Origin: the human T2T-CHM13v2.0 reference genome, Homo sapiens
NCBI RefSeq assembly: GCF_009914755.1
Contig: NC_060947.1
Direction: 5' to 3' (one strand)
DNA: 64,000 bases
The notes under the pieces were generated by a model. It did no database searches. It saw nothing but the letters and a program-made list of their open reading frames with translations, and was not told where the DNA came from. Each line of letters starts with the position of its first letter. Position 1 is the first letter of the stretch. Of the stretch, positions 1 to 17,366 are shown piece after piece. A program made the translations under genes and the position numbers.

Positions 1-1791
1 AAGTAAAACACAGACACCTCTGAGTTTGAGCCTTGGGAAAATGAGCATTGTGTCTGTTTCCTGAAATTTAAGATGAAAACACTAATATCTGTTGTGAGGA
101 GTAAATGACAACATATACCGAGTATTTACACAGTAACTGGCACATAAGAACCTCCGAATACATACCAGCTGTAAGGCTTATTGTCACTCTTCCTCCTTGC
201 ACAGCCCTATGAGTTCATCTCTTGCTGGGAAGGAGCTGAGTATGGATACTACAGACTGGTCCTGTTATTGAGGTCAGATAAATTTGATGTTCCTCCTTCC
301 CTCACTCTCTCCCATTTCCTCCTCCTTGACCGAACTGAAACGGGCAGAAATATTTGGGCTTTACTTCCCATTGGTTGAAATTGTTGCTATAACAGCATTC
401 ATAAGCATTCTTTCTGGGAACCCTGGGTAAGAGCTGCTTAAAGACTTCTGAGGCTTCTTCAGCTACTGCTGCTGGTACTCCAAACAAGGATCTGATCATT
501 CATGTATCAGAGTTTGTTAGGAATGGGGACTGTCTACAAAAAAAAGTACCTACAGTGGTTCTCCCCATTCATCACCAAGACCCCACACTTGACCATGCTC
601 CCAGCTCTTTCTGCCCATTCTGCCTACCTAGCATCTCATTAGGAAGGTACAGATAAAAAAAGAGCTAGAAAAGGTCATTGGGAGGATCAAGAATGATTTG
701 TCCCCACAGATATGTAAGGATAAAATCCTAGTATTTTCCTTCTCCCGTTGGAACACAGGGCTCCATGGAGAAAGTTCTAAAGAGGGTCTTCCCATGGACA
801 AAGACTTCGCCTTAATTGCTTGGTGTTGGCGGTCATGATTTTGACTCCTGGTTAATTCATCAAGAGCCATTTTGCCAAAATCCAAGTCACAGAATGACCA
901 AGTGAACAAGTGAGCCATTCTTGGAGCAATCAAGTTGCCAATGACTAGTTCATGCAAGCTTAAGAAATTAACTGATTTACAAAACACTTTGTTGTTTTTG
1001 CAGAGTTTACTACAATTTACTCTGAGTGAATGGGCATGGCATAAGGGCTATGGAGAGCCAGTTCTATAATGTTCTGTGCCTTCAGACATATCCTCTCCCA
1101 TCGGTCGGTCTTTCCCCAGTCTGGAATGGGCAGTTTCAGGAGACTGTTTTCCCCCAGTAGATGACCCTCTCTCCCATCCCCAACCCACAGCTACAGCAAC
1201 AGGAACTTAGCTGAAGCCATCCAGCTGACGCCCAAGACCATTCCAGTCAATGAACTAAGGACAAGCGTATGAGTGTCCCCCCACCCCCATCCCAACCCCA
1301 TGCTCCAGACCTACCCTCATGGCCACTGAGTGGGACACTGGAAACTTTGCCTTCCTGAGAGAACGGGGCTCTCTCTGAGAGTGGAAACATCTCTGTTGTC
1401 TTGGCTCCCAGACTGCTGCCACCACAGTGCAACCACCCAAAGCAAAGGGAATCATGGAAGCTATTTCACGTATGCTGACAAAGCCCTGCCCCAGTCCTAG
1501 GGGACCTCCCACCAATGTGAAGAGGTGTGTGTGTGTGTAATACAATTGTGGGGGCTTTTTTCTTTTTTTTTTTTTATTGTACTTTAAGTTCTAGGGTACA
1601 TGTGCACAACATGCAGGTTTGTTACATATGTATACATGTGCCATGTTGGTGTGCTGCACCCATTAACTCGTCATTTAATATTCGGTATATCTCCTAATGC
1701 TATCCCTCCCCCCTCCCCCCACCCCACAACAGGCCCCGGTGTGTGATGTTCCCCTTCCTGTGTCCATGTGTTCTCATTGTTCAATTCCCAC

Positions 1792-5568
<3,777 letters not shown>

Positions 5569-5632
5569 TATGATGTTAGCTGGTTATTTTGCTCATTAGT
5601 TGATGCAGTTTCTTCCTAGCCTCGATGGTCTT

Positions 5633-6649
5633 TACAATTTGGCATGTTTTTGCAGTGGCTGGTACTGGTTGTTCCTTTCCATGTTTAGTGCTTCCTTCAG
5701 GAGCTCTTTTAGGGCAGGCCTGGTGGTGACAAAATCTCTCAGCATTTTGCTTGTCTGTAAAGGATTTTATTTCTCCTTCACCTATGAAGCTTAGTTTGGC
5801 TGGATATGAAATTCTGGGTTGAAAATTCTTTTCTTTAAGAATGTTGAATATTGGCCCCCACTCTCTTCTGGCTTGTAGAGTTTCTGCCAAGAGATCAGCT
5901 GTTAGTCTGATGGGCTTCCCTTTGTGGGTAACCCGACCTTTCTCTCTGGCTGCCCTTAACATTTTTTCCTTCATTTCAACTTTGGTGAATCTGACAATTA
6001 TGTGTCTTGGAGTTGCTCTTCTCGAGGAGTATCTTTGTGGCGTTCTCTGTATTTCCTGAATTTGAATGTTGGCCTGCCTTACTAGATTGGGGAAGTTCTC
6101 TTGGATAATATCCTGCAGAGTGTTTTCCAACTTGGTTCCATTCTCCCCGTCACTTTCAGGTACACCAATCAGGTGTAGATTTGGTCTTTTCACATAGTCC
6201 CATATTTCTTGGAGGCTTTGTTCATTTCTTTTTATTCTTTTTTCTCTAAACTTCTCTTCTCGCTTCATTTCATTCATTTGATCTTCCGTCACTGATACCC
6301 TTTCTTCCAGTTGATGGAATCAGCTACTGAGGCTTGTGCATTCATCATGTAGTTCTCGGGCTGTGGTTTTCAGCTCCATCAGGTCCTTTAAGGACTTCTC
6401 TGCATTGGTTATTCTAGTTAGCCATTCGTCTAATTTTTTTTCAAGGTTTTTAACTTCTTTGCCATGGGTTCGAACTTCCTCCTTTAGCTCAGAGTAGTTT
6501 GATTGTCTGAAGCCTTCTTCTCTCAAGTCGTCAAAGTCATTCTCCATCCAGCTTTGTTCCATTGCTGGTGAGGAGCTGCGTTCCTTTGGAGGAGGAGAGG
6601 CGCTCTGATTTTTAGAGTTTCCAGTTTTTCTGCTCTGTTTTTTCCCCAT
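5633..6649 (-). pseudogene. L1 ORF1p, disrupted
   Basis: Starts MGKKQSRKTGNSK. There is an in-frame TGA at 6322-6320 (CGA>TGA type) and a frameshift near 5745 (DKQNAERF instead of DKQMLRDF). Confidence 0.92.
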
Positions 6650-7224
6650 CTTTGTGGTTTTATCTACCTTTGGTCTTTGATGATGGTGACGTACAGATGG
6701 GGTTTTGGTGTGGATGTCCTTTCTGTTTGTTGGTTTTCCTTCTAACAGTCAGGACCCTCAGCTGCAGGTCTTTTGGAGTTTGCTGGATGTCCACTCCAGA
6801 CCCTGTTTGCCTGGGTATCAGCAGCAGAGGCTCCAGAACAGCGGATATTGGTGAACAGAAAATGTTGCTGCCTGATAATTCCTCTGGAAGTTTCATCTCA
6901 GAGGAGTACCCGGCCGTGTGAGGTGTCAGTCTGCCCCTACTGGGGGGTGCCTCCCAGTTAGGCTACTCGGGGGTCAGGGACCCACTTGAGGAGGCAGTCT
7001 GTCCGTTCTCCGATCTCAAGCTGCATGCTGGGAGAACCACTACTCTCTTCAAAGCTGTCAGACAGCGACATTTAAGTCTGCAGAGGTTTCTGCTGCCTTC
7101 TGTTTGGCTATGCCCTGCCCCCAGAGGTGGAGTCTACAGAGGCAGGTGGGCCTCCTTGAGCTGCGGTGGGATCCACCCAGTTCGAGCTTCCCGGCCGCTT
7201 TGTTTACCTACTCGAGCCTCAGCA

Positions 7225-7407
7225 ATGGCAGGCGCCCCTCCCCCAGCCTCGCTGCCGCCTTGCAGTTTGATCTCAGACTGCTGTGCTAGCAATGAGCGAG
7301 GCTCCGTGGGCGTAGGACCCTCCGAGTCAGGCGTGGGACATAATCTCCTGGTGTGCTGTTTGCTAAGACCATTGGAAAAGCGCAGTATTAGGGTGGGAGT
7401 GACCTGA
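7225..7407 (+). pseudogene. L1 antisense ORF0, truncated at 60 aa
   Basis: MAGAPPPASLPPCSLISDCCASN...IRVGVT then TGA; the canonical ORF0 continues to about 71 aa. Confidence 0.8.
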
Positions 7408-7689
7408 TTTTCCAGGTGCCATCTGTCACCCCTTTCTTTGACTAGGAAAGGGAATTCCCCGACCCCTTGCGCTTCCCGGGTGAGGCGACGATGCCTCACC
7501 CTGCTTCGGCTCATACTCGGTGCGCTGCACCCACTGTCCTGTACCCACTGTCTGACACTCTCCAGTGAGATGAAACCAGTACCTCAGTTGGGAATGCAGA
7601 AATCACCCATCTTCTGCGTCGCTCACGCTGGGAGCTGTAGACTGGAGCTGTTCCTATTCGGCCATCTTGGCTCCACCAGTTGTGGGTTT

Positions 7690-8100
7690 TGTTTTCTTCA
7701 GTGCCATCTTGACCCAATTTTGAGGCCCTGGCTAGAGGCTAGTCAGTTCCTCTTCTTGAGCAGCTGATTAAATCCACATCTCAACCATTTCCCTTATGGG
7801 GCTCTCACATTCCTGGCAACTATGTACCTGCCCTAATCACCACAGGGATAGGTACCAGACAACTAGGGACAGCCCTTTTGCCTAAGTTTCAAATTAACAA
7901 ATCCACAGGGAGCCCATGAAACCTCCCTTGCCATACCTGGACTGCCTCCTACAGGTATAGCTCTATCCTGCGTTACAACTTCAGGTGTGGCTCTACCTGG
8001 CAGCCTTCTCTCATTTGGAGCTGTAAGTAACAAAGAGTTCTGCCTTTCATCTATCTGAATATATTTATGTGGTATCCTTCCATCCAAGGACCCTATGTTC
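7690..8100 (+). mobile_element. ERV1-class LTR fragment (MER21/MER39-like)
   Basis: Motif GGTACCAGACAACTAGGGACAGCCC and a U5-like end, matched from memory. Confidence 0.5.
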
Positions 8101-8214
8101 CTGTCTAACATTTTATAATTATGAAACAATATGGGCATAAAGAGGACAATAAGGGAATCTAGTCCCCTGCTTGTTTCTGATTTTACATGAGGCTCTCCAA
8201 ATTTAAGGTGGGTA

Positions 8215-8431
8215 GGGGACCATAAGTGGATATAAATACAATTGCCAACAGCCCACAAATGTGGCTCTGGGCACTATGTCAATGAGTTAGCCCTGCTTCA
8301 CAAGGAACAGCTCCAGTTAAGTAAAAGATTGCTGTTTAATACCACCAAGTCACCCTTGAATTCTTTCCTGGGCAAAGCCAAGAACTCTCCCAGGCTAAGC
8401 CCCAGTCTGGGGGCTTGCCTGCCCCACGTCA
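8215..8431 (+). mobile_element. ERV1-class LTR 3' part (MER41/LTR26-like)
   Basis: TTGAATTCTTTCCTGGGCAAAGCCAAGAAC...GGGGCTTGCCTGCCCCACGTCA terminus. Confidence 0.5.
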
Positions 8432-9037
8432 TCTGAACACATACTCCAAGTAATTTTCTAGGTTTAACAGAATTTCAATTAACACAGAAAGATAAGCAAG
8501 AAAACACACGGTCGACCTAAAAATAAGTATGGAATTCACTTAACTACATATTTATTAGAAAGACAAAACATTAATCTTTAAGACTGACGATGACTGAAAA
8601 ATGAAATACTAGTCAATCAAAAAGAGATGTCTGAAGTAGCTGTTGGCATATATGACATTAACAGGTGCCAAATATATATGTAGAATGATGGAAGAAATAT
8701 TGTTTTCCTTGTTTTGAAAAAAGAAGAATGGCTTCTGATTGCTTCTGAATGCGAGTACATGAAATTGCAGGAAATACTCCACAAAGTAGTTGTATATATA
8801 CTGTTACATAAACCATATCAATATACTGAAACACTAAACAAAATATGCATATCTTGGAATGATGGGATTCAAACAAGCAGACCTATGGCTGTATTCAAGC
8901 TTTGATCATGTCTTACTTTTTAACACGTGAGACTTCCAAATCCCAGTGATACTGTGAGTTCACAAACTGCTTAGCATTCACCCGGGCAAAGGAAAATGGC
9001 TTTATCTTTTGAAAAAGATGTCTTAATCCACAGTTAA

Positions 9038-9141
9038 CTTTTTTTTTTTTTTAAGAGAGAGGATCTCACTCTGTTGCCCATGCTGGAGTGCAGGAGCGCG
9101 ATCATAGCTTATTACAGCCTCGAACTTCTGGGTTCAAGTGA
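9038..9141 (-). mobile_element. Truncated AluJ fragment
   Basis: Poly-T followed by a partial right arm. Confidence 0.8.
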
Positions 9142-9504
9142 CACTATTAACGTTATTTTCTAAAACAACATTTTTTCAGTTTTCCTTTCTTATTATATTC
9201 ATTGCATATATGTTGCCTTACTTCCTAACAGACAATAAATGGATGGGTTAATGATTATAAAGAAAAAAATGGCAGCACAGAAAAGGGAATCTAATGAGCA
9301 AATAGAAGAATGAAAGAAAAATATCTAGTACATACCCAGCAGTCTATTCTGTTTAATTTGTATCCAGAAATATTGTGTACTTATATATTAAAATGAATCC
9401 TTAATTCAGCATAATACCCAAGGGTTAGATTTAGTCTGGTTAATGGACTGTTTTAAAGAAATGAGATTGAACAAGAATCCCATGTCATTGTTTATTTCCT
9501 CATT

Positions 9505-9907
<403 letters not shown>

Positions 9908-10483
9908 TGAATTCCATTATAGCCACTTGTCAGCTGTGATTTGGACAGATTATTTAATCTCTCTCTGTCTTTATTTCTTCATTTGTGAAATAGCAATAAG
10001 CTTAATTCACACACAGTACTTGTCACACATTAAGCCTTCCAAAAATTTTAGCTGTTACGATAATCATTGCCCTTTTAAAAATTACACATAAAGCACCACT
10101 GCTAGCTTCCGTGAAGGAAACAAGAAGAGTAGGAGACCCAGTCTGAAAATGCAAGTGCTTACCATGCAGGTAGGGAACATAAGAATTACACCCACAAAAC
10201 AGTTATGTTTCAGTGAGAGGCCATAAGTCATGACTGTTGCCTCTTAATTAGCGATTGAGACTTCAGGTCTACAGGGGGTCTGGAAGGGGAGACAATTGGG
10301 CAGGTGAGGTTGAGAAACAGAAGGAAAAAGAAGAAGATGGGTGAAAGGAGGCAGAAAATGTGAGAGGAAAACAGACATGAATGATTTGGCTAGATGAGGA
10401 AAGGAGTATAGGAACAGCACAAGCAAAGATAGTCAGAAATGAGCATGGTATATTCCAGAGATTCACTGTGAGTTTGTAGTGTC

Positions 10484-10860
10484 TAATATGGTTTGGCTGT
10501 GTCCCCATCCAAAATCTTATCTTGAATTGTAATCCCCATAATCCCAATGTGTCAAGGGCAGGACCAGGTGGAGGTAACTGGATCACGGGGGTGGTTTCCC
10601 CCATTCCGTCCTCATGATTGTGAATGAGTCTCGCAAGATCTGATGGTTTTATAAACATCTGGCATTTCCCCTGCTTGCACTTCCTCCATCTTGCTGCCCT
10701 GTGAAGAAAGTGCCTGCTTCTCCTTTGCCTTCTGCCACGATTGTAAGTTTCCTGAGGCCTCCCCAGCCATGCAGAACAGTGAGTCAATTAAACCTCCTTC
10801 CTTTATAAATTACCCGGGCTTGGGCATTTCTTCATAGCAGTGTGAGAACAGACTAATACA
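10484..10860 (+). mobile_element. THE1D-like MaLR solo LTR
   Basis: ATATGGTTTGGCTGTGTCCCC...GACTAATACA; 5-bp TSD GTGTC at 10479-10483 and 10861-10865. Confidence 0.9.
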
Positions 10861-12693
10861 GTGTCTAAGAGCCATCACTCCAAAGAGCAAACTTTATTGC
10901 CATGGCGTTAGCTGAAAAACACTTAGGCTATTAGATTGAATGTGTGCTGATCCCTGAGACTTTCTCTAAATAGTTATATAAAGCAACACATATGGAAAAA
11001 ACAGCTAAGCAAAGAAAAAGATTCAGCAGAGGAAAAGTGGCTTTCTTGGTTATTTATCTTTTCCTGCAATAAGTATGCAATCATGATTAATTCAAGTTCC
11101 CTCCTAGTGTTATTCTATTTAACTGAGATATTGATGTACAATATTAGAATGCTACCAATTGTGAGAGGGAACAAGACAGTTTGGGCATGGTGCCTAAATA
11201 TCAGGAGGGTGTTAAAAGAGTTATTCAGAGTATCATTTTTATTTTGCCTATGGATTGAGTCTTTCCTATGGTTCATAGGGGAAAGAATGGTGAGAAGGAG
11301 CAGAGTGAGATGAATGAAATTTGATCTCTGTCGTTGGCTGTGGTTGCTACTCTTGGACAGTAACTCGATGACCATGAAGAAGACTTCCTCATTTCATCAC
11401 ATCCTGCATGTTGACTAGGATCACAGCTGGCAGCTAGTCTCCTTCCTTCCAGTTCAGAATGAATGGACTAAACATTTACTTAGTGGAGAGTTATGCAAAA
11501 TTTTGATACTATAGAATGTGTTCACCTAACGGGTTGAGCCAAGAAGAGGCTCCTAAATCTAAGTCTGTATGTTAAATAAATAGAAGAGACGATTTAGCAT
11601 CTTACAATATTTCTGTCGGACTCACTTTTGGAGTTGACCTTTTTGATGTGGCGGGTAGGCCTGTGGAATTTCTGAGAAATCCTTGGAAATTCTTTGTGCT
11701 TAAAATGAATAGAATCATATTTTGTGCTCCTTGAGGTGCTGGGGTTGGGGACCTGGGCCAGGGAAAATCAGATTGTGAAACCTCCACTCAGTCTTTACTT
11801 TCCTTTCTTCCTTATAAATAATTTCAATCCCACTGAAACCCCTTAATGTGACCAGATGAGTTAAAGGGAGGATAGGGATCAGAGGTAAAGAGAAATTGGT
11901 CTTACTGCTTGGCCTCGTGATGAGGGCTATGGAAGGAGATGTTAGGGACTGATTTATATAGGGACCAGAGTTCCATTTTTCCTTTTTTTTTTTAATGGTA
12001 AAGCCCAGCTGGCCAGAGCTACCTCCTTGTGCCCCACTGGCTACCTTCCAGAGGCAGTACCTAGCTGCTAGCCGCTGTTTATCATCAAGCTCCCCACACC
12101 TCAACAACAGCTCCAGGCTCAGCCATTGCCATGGATTTCTTTCCTCCTATGTCTCCACAGACTCTTTCACCTTTTGATTTTAAAACATCCTTTGTTTAAT
12201 TTTTTTGTTTCTCTCGTTCAAAGGGAATGGACAGAGACTCTTCCTTGTTCTCTGCCTTCCCTCCATTATTTTGCCTAAACCAAGATTCTTCGGCTTGAAA
12301 CAAAAAATCATAATCCAACTCTGCAGTTCTCATAGAGGCCCTAGTTTTGTCTGTGGCCTGTGCTTTAGAGGGGTCCAAATGTATCAATTATGATGCTCAC
12401 ACCTGAATGCTACCTCTGAAATCATCTTTGTCCCCTTGCTTGTGTAACACAACAGAACGTGCTTTTAGAAGGGGTCTTTTGTATTACTAGATTCTAAAAT
12501 ATTGACAGAACAATTTCCAACCTGTTAGCCTGCTTTCTTAAAAAAGTTAATTCAACACCAAGCACCAAGCTAGTTATTGTTCATGTGTTGTGCTTCCAGC
12601 TTCAGGCACAGATTTGCAAGAAGATTGGGAGAAATGAGAGTTGTGAGGAGGGTACAAGTTGTATCACTCCCTCAAGGGCCTGTAAGAATGGAC

Positions 12694-13962
12694 ACCAAGA
12701 TACTGAATGCCTTTAGGGGAGGTTGTTTACTATTCCTAGAGGTAAAATGGCCCAGTGCCATGATTGGGGAAGGGACTTGAATCTTCAACCCTTTAAGTGA
12801 AATAGTTCTGGGCTAGATAATGTGGTAGGTGCTGAAGAGCTGAACTTGGGCTGGTGTGTGTTTCTCTTAATTGAATGATCTCTGGCCCAGGGGAGGGCAT
12901 GGCCATTCAGCGGCTGGCCTCTTCTAAGCTGAGCTATGTGTGTTCTCTTACGTAGGCCACTCCATTGCTCTGGGCCTGCAGAAAGCCCTCTACAGTGCTG
13001 TATAAAGGATATAGTCAAAAGCAGGTCAGTATAACAGAGTTCATTTTAGTGGAATTCAAATGTACCATTGGCCAAATCTCTACATCAGGATAACCGTGTT
13101 TTGGGTCCATATTCCCAATACTGTTTTCATAAAATAGTTTTAGTATATTTGCAAAAGGGAGGAGAGCATCTGCTAAAAGTTTCTTGGGGAAATTCATGCT
13201 ATAGTTTGGAAATAGATAAAAACATACTTTGTTTTCACTTTAAAAAAAATCTTCGGCTGGGTGCAGTAGCACACACCTGTAATCCCAGCACTTTGGGAGG
13301 CAGAGGCAAGAGGATCACTTGAGCCCAGGAGTTTGAGATCAACCTGGGCAACATGGCAAAATCCTATCTCTACAAAGAATACAGAAACTAGGTGAGTGTG
13401 GTGCTGCATGCCTGTAGTCCGAGCTACTCGGGAGGCTGAGGTGGAAGGATCACCTGAGCCTGTGAGGTCAAGGCTACAGTGAGCCAAGATTGTGCCACTG
13501 CACCCCAGCCTAAGAGATAGAGTGAGACCCTGTCTCAAAAAAAATATTTTGTTTGGTTCATTTTCCCTCCAGAACTCCATAGAGGACTGTATAAATTCAC
13601 ATAAGGAGAAAAAGCAACTCACCAAACCTTAAGATGGTTTCTCAAAATTCCCAGACCCTGGTATACACACATATTCTCCCATACCAGGACACTGAATGCC
13701 TTTGGAGGAGGTTGATTACTTTCTTTAGAGGTAAAAAGGCTCAGGCTTAAGACAGAGCCTTGAGCCTGCAGGCCTTTGAAGGAAAGCATTCTGGGCAGGA
13801 TGGACTTGGTAAGTGCTGAGGAGCTGAATCTGATATAGTGAGCACTTCCTGTATCTGGGTGACTGGGGAGCTAAGGAAGGGCATGGCCACTTAGAAGCTG
13901 GCCTTCTCCAGGGTGCAGTCTATATGTTCTCTTTTGCAGACCACTCCCTTGCTGTGGGCCTG
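12694..13962 (+). repeat. Old diverged direct duplication (12694-12978 and 13683-13962)
   Basis: Colinear shared blocks ACTGAATGCCTTT, TAGAGGTAAAA, GTGCTGA.GAGCTGAA, AGGGCATGGCCA, GCTGGCCT and CCACTCC.TTGCT.TGGGCCTG. Confidence 0.85.
13255..13545 (+). mobile_element. AluJ
   Basis: GGCTGGGTGCAGTAGC...CCCTGTCTCAAAAAA. Confidence 0.9.
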
Positions 13963-14399
13963 TGTTCCTTCATCTGTAAAGTGAAAAGAGTAGGCTCGAT
14001 GTTCCCTAAATTCTCTCCATTGTTTACGCAACACATCCTCCAGGAAGGACTCCCTAGCCAACACAGGTGGGACTGGGGACGAAGTGTGGGCTTGTCCCTT
14101 CAGATATCCCACCCTCAACAGACAGATTGTACCATAAGAGCAGAAAACATGCCTGGGTCATCTTTGTGACCCCATCGTCTAGCCAGGAGCTGGGAACAGA
14201 GCAGGTATCTCCAACAGTCTGTGTAATATATACATGAGAAACTGTTCAGGCAAGTAATCTTGACAACCCCTCTAGCAAAGTTCTGCTGTTCTTTTCAAAC
14301 CTCTCCATTCACGAAATCAAGTGGTGGCTAAGACATGGTCATCAGATAACACTGAGCTCAAATCCTGGCCCTTTCAGGATCTTTGGCAGGTCATCTATA

Positions 14400-14625
14400 G
14401 CAGATGTTGTCTGTGTCCTACTAGATCTCAGCCATATGTACTTGGCCCAATTTGCAACAGCTTGATGCTTCCTCTGGGGTCTGAAGCCCCTCTGCCTGAA
14501 CAGGGAAGGCTGGGGAATAAATGCCCCCAGGAGCAGCCCTCAACCAATGATTATTGGGAGTTGGTGGATAAATGCCCAAGCTTCCTTGCCCCTTAGACAG
14601 AATAATTACGAAGTGATTGTTCTAC
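14400..14625 (+). mobile_element. LTR16-like ERVL LTR fragment
   Basis: GAGCAGCCCTCAACCAATGA..GGGAGTTGGTGGATAAATGCCCAAGCTTCCT motif, matched from memory. Confidence 0.55.
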
Positions 14626-14649
14626 ACTGTGAGAAGGTGATAAGCAGTC

Positions 14650-15015
14650 TGTACTAGTCCGTTCTCATACTATAAAGAACTACCTGAGACTGGGTAATTT
14701 ATAAAGAAAAAAGGTTTAATTCACTCACAGTTCCACAGGCTTAACGGGAAGCATGACTGGGAGGCTTCAGGAAACTTACAATCATGGCAAAAGGTGAAGG
14801 GGAAGCAAGGCATATCTTTTCATGGTGACAGGAGAGCAAAAAATTAAGGGGGAAAGTGCCACACACTTTTAAACCATCAGATATTATGAGAACTCACTCA
14901 CTGTCATGAGAACAGCAATGGGGAAATCCTCCCCCATGATATAATCACCTCCCATCAGGCCCCTCCTCCAATTCGACATCAGATTTGGGTAGGGACACAA
15001 ATCCAAACCATATCG
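14650..15015 (-). mobile_element. MSTA/THE1-type MaLR solo LTR nested in an older ERV1 LTR (about 14628-15220)
   Basis: TGTACTAGTCCGTTCTCA...CCAAACCATATCG; TSD CAGTC at 14645-14649 and 15016-15020. Confidence 0.88.
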
Positions 15016-16517
15016 CAGTCCCTGACAGCCAGCACTGGCCTGGTACGCACAACTAGGTCTTGATGTTTTCCTGTTGAACATAAACAGTCTCACAGAGCAC
15101 TACTGCCAGACAAAATCACTCTGTGATCTTGACGAAGTGAGAAAAAAAATACCACTTCATAACCTTGTCTAGGCATAGAAAAAACAAGATCACTGTGCAA
15201 ATGAAAAAAGTACCAAACACGGAGTTCAACTTCCAGCATGACAGCTTGAGGAACTCTGCTGATGCACTCCCAAGTGAAAGTGGTAAATATTATTTTTAAA
15301 ACAACAACTTAAAGCCCCTGGAAATGGTCCTAAGGGAAAACAGCAAATGAAGAAACGTCTTTCTAAGAGAACCTACAAAAATTCAATAAGAAAAGCAAGT
15401 CTGTGGTATTTGAATCACTACAGCTTCTTCCTTTTCCCCTCCCAGATCAGTAAGGCAGAGATTCTACTTCAGACTGCTGCAGACAAGAGCATAGGGCTCC
15501 CTCTCCCCTCTGGCTCCCAGCCAGAGGACTTTCTTCCCAAGAGGAGCAGCACTTCAGCATCATTCATACTGACACCAGCTACTTGTTTCTGAGGCTAAGT
15601 ATCAGGTGAGTACAGCTGAGTGATGGTGGCTCATTTAATCTGCCGACTCTGTCCCCCAGTTATTTAATGGAGGCTCTACCTTAGATGCAACACACTGAGG
15701 AAACCGCGGCTCAAGTTTTCCTTGCCTCGCTCATGAGGTGGTGGTTACATGCTGAAGAGGCAAGCCGAGAGCACCTTAGGCTGCTGCACCCCACTCTGCC
15801 AAGGCCTCAGCCCATAGAAAGGGGTTGCCATTCAGGCAGAAGCTTGCCACCGTCCCCACCTTGTCTCTAGAGCTCTTGCTCAAAGATTTTGCCTTGGAGG
15901 AGGAACAGGCTACAAAACAGGTAGCTCCTAATCTCTTCCCAAAGGGATTGACTTCATTTGCAACAGAGTGTAAAGTTCAAAGCTAAGAGTGCTCTCAAGA
16001 ACAGTGGACGTTGTCATACAAGGCAGTTGAGATTTGTGGATCTAATGAAGATAAAGCATGGCCTGTAAGCTGGATAGTTTTCAGGAGAAAACCAGGAAAT
16101 AAGATGGCTGGTAAGAGCACTCCTGGTATCAGAACAAATATCAGACGTGGACCTCAAAAACTATTCCTTCAAATAAACCACAATTTAATTGAATTAGTTT
16201 GTAGAACAATTTATGTCCTAGAGCATTGCTGAAAACAATAGAATGATCAGCAGGCAATTAGTGGAGTTTAATAGTTGGGCATGGTAAGGGAAAGACAGAG
16301 AGCCCTACTAACACCACTGCCATCCTAGAGTGACGGTGTACACACCCAAAGTCATGTCTTCCTGAAGAGCAACATCAGAGGCTTAAGACTATGAGGAGAA
16401 GGAATAAGCTTCATTAAAATAATCCAGCCAATCACTAAAAAAAATATACCAGCAAATAACAAGTCCCAGAGGCCAGGGTTGGGGGCAGTTGCTACAACAT
16501 ATTATCAAAAATTTTGT

Positions 16518-16810
16518 GGCCAAGCATAATGCTTCACACCTGTAATCCCAGCACTTTGAGAGGCCAAGGTGGAAGAATCACTTGAGCCCAGGAGATCAAG
16601 AACAGCCTGGGCAATACAGAGAGACCCCCCATCTCTACAAAAGTAATAAAAAAAAATTAGCCAGGTGGAATGGTGCACGCTGATAGTCCCAGCTACTCAG
16701 GAGGATGAGGTGGAAGGATCACTTGAACCTAGGAGGTCGAGGCTGCAGTGAGCCATGATTGCACCACTGCACTCCAGCCTGGGTGACAGAGTGGGACCAT
16801 GTCTCAGAAA
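16518..16810 (+). mobile_element. AluJ
   Basis: Dimeric Alu. Confidence 0.88.
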
Positions 16811-16846
16811 TGATTTCAATTTCCAGCAAAAAGTTTATGAGGCATG

Positions 16847-17232
16847 TGATATGGTTTGTCTATGTCTCCACCCAAAATCTCATCTTGAATTGTAATCCCC
16901 TTAATCCCCATAATCCCCATGTGTCAAGGATGGGACCAGGTGGAGGTAATTGGATCATGGGGGCGGTTTCCCCCATGCTGTCCTCGTGATAGTGAGTGAG
17001 TCCCACATGATCTGATGGTTTTATAAGCGTCTAGCATTTCTCCTGCTTGCACTTCTCCTTCCTGCTGCCTTGTGAAGAAGGTGCCTTGCTTCCCCTTCAC
17101 CTTCTGCCATGATTGTATGTTTCCTGAGGCCTCCCCAGCCATGCTGAACTGTGAGTCAATTAAACCTCTTTCCTTTATAAATTACCCACTCTCGGCTATT
17201 TCCTTATAACAATGTGAGAACAGACAAATACA
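16847..17232 (+). mobile_element. THE1D-like MaLR solo LTR
   Basis: TGATATGGTTTG...CAAATACA; closely similar to 10484-10860. Confidence 0.9.
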
Positions 17233-17366
17233 GACCTGCAAAGAAACAGGAAAGTATGCCCCATACAGCAGAAAAAAAGCAGACAACACCAACTGCCTGT
17301 GAGAGCAACCACATGATGGATTTAACAGAGAAAGACTTCAAAATACCCATTATAAATATGTTTGCA

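Noticed and set aside
10484-17232. Two similar THE1 LTRs as the ends of one provirus
   Set aside because: The first has its own TSD (GTGTC) and no THE1 internal sequence lies between them.
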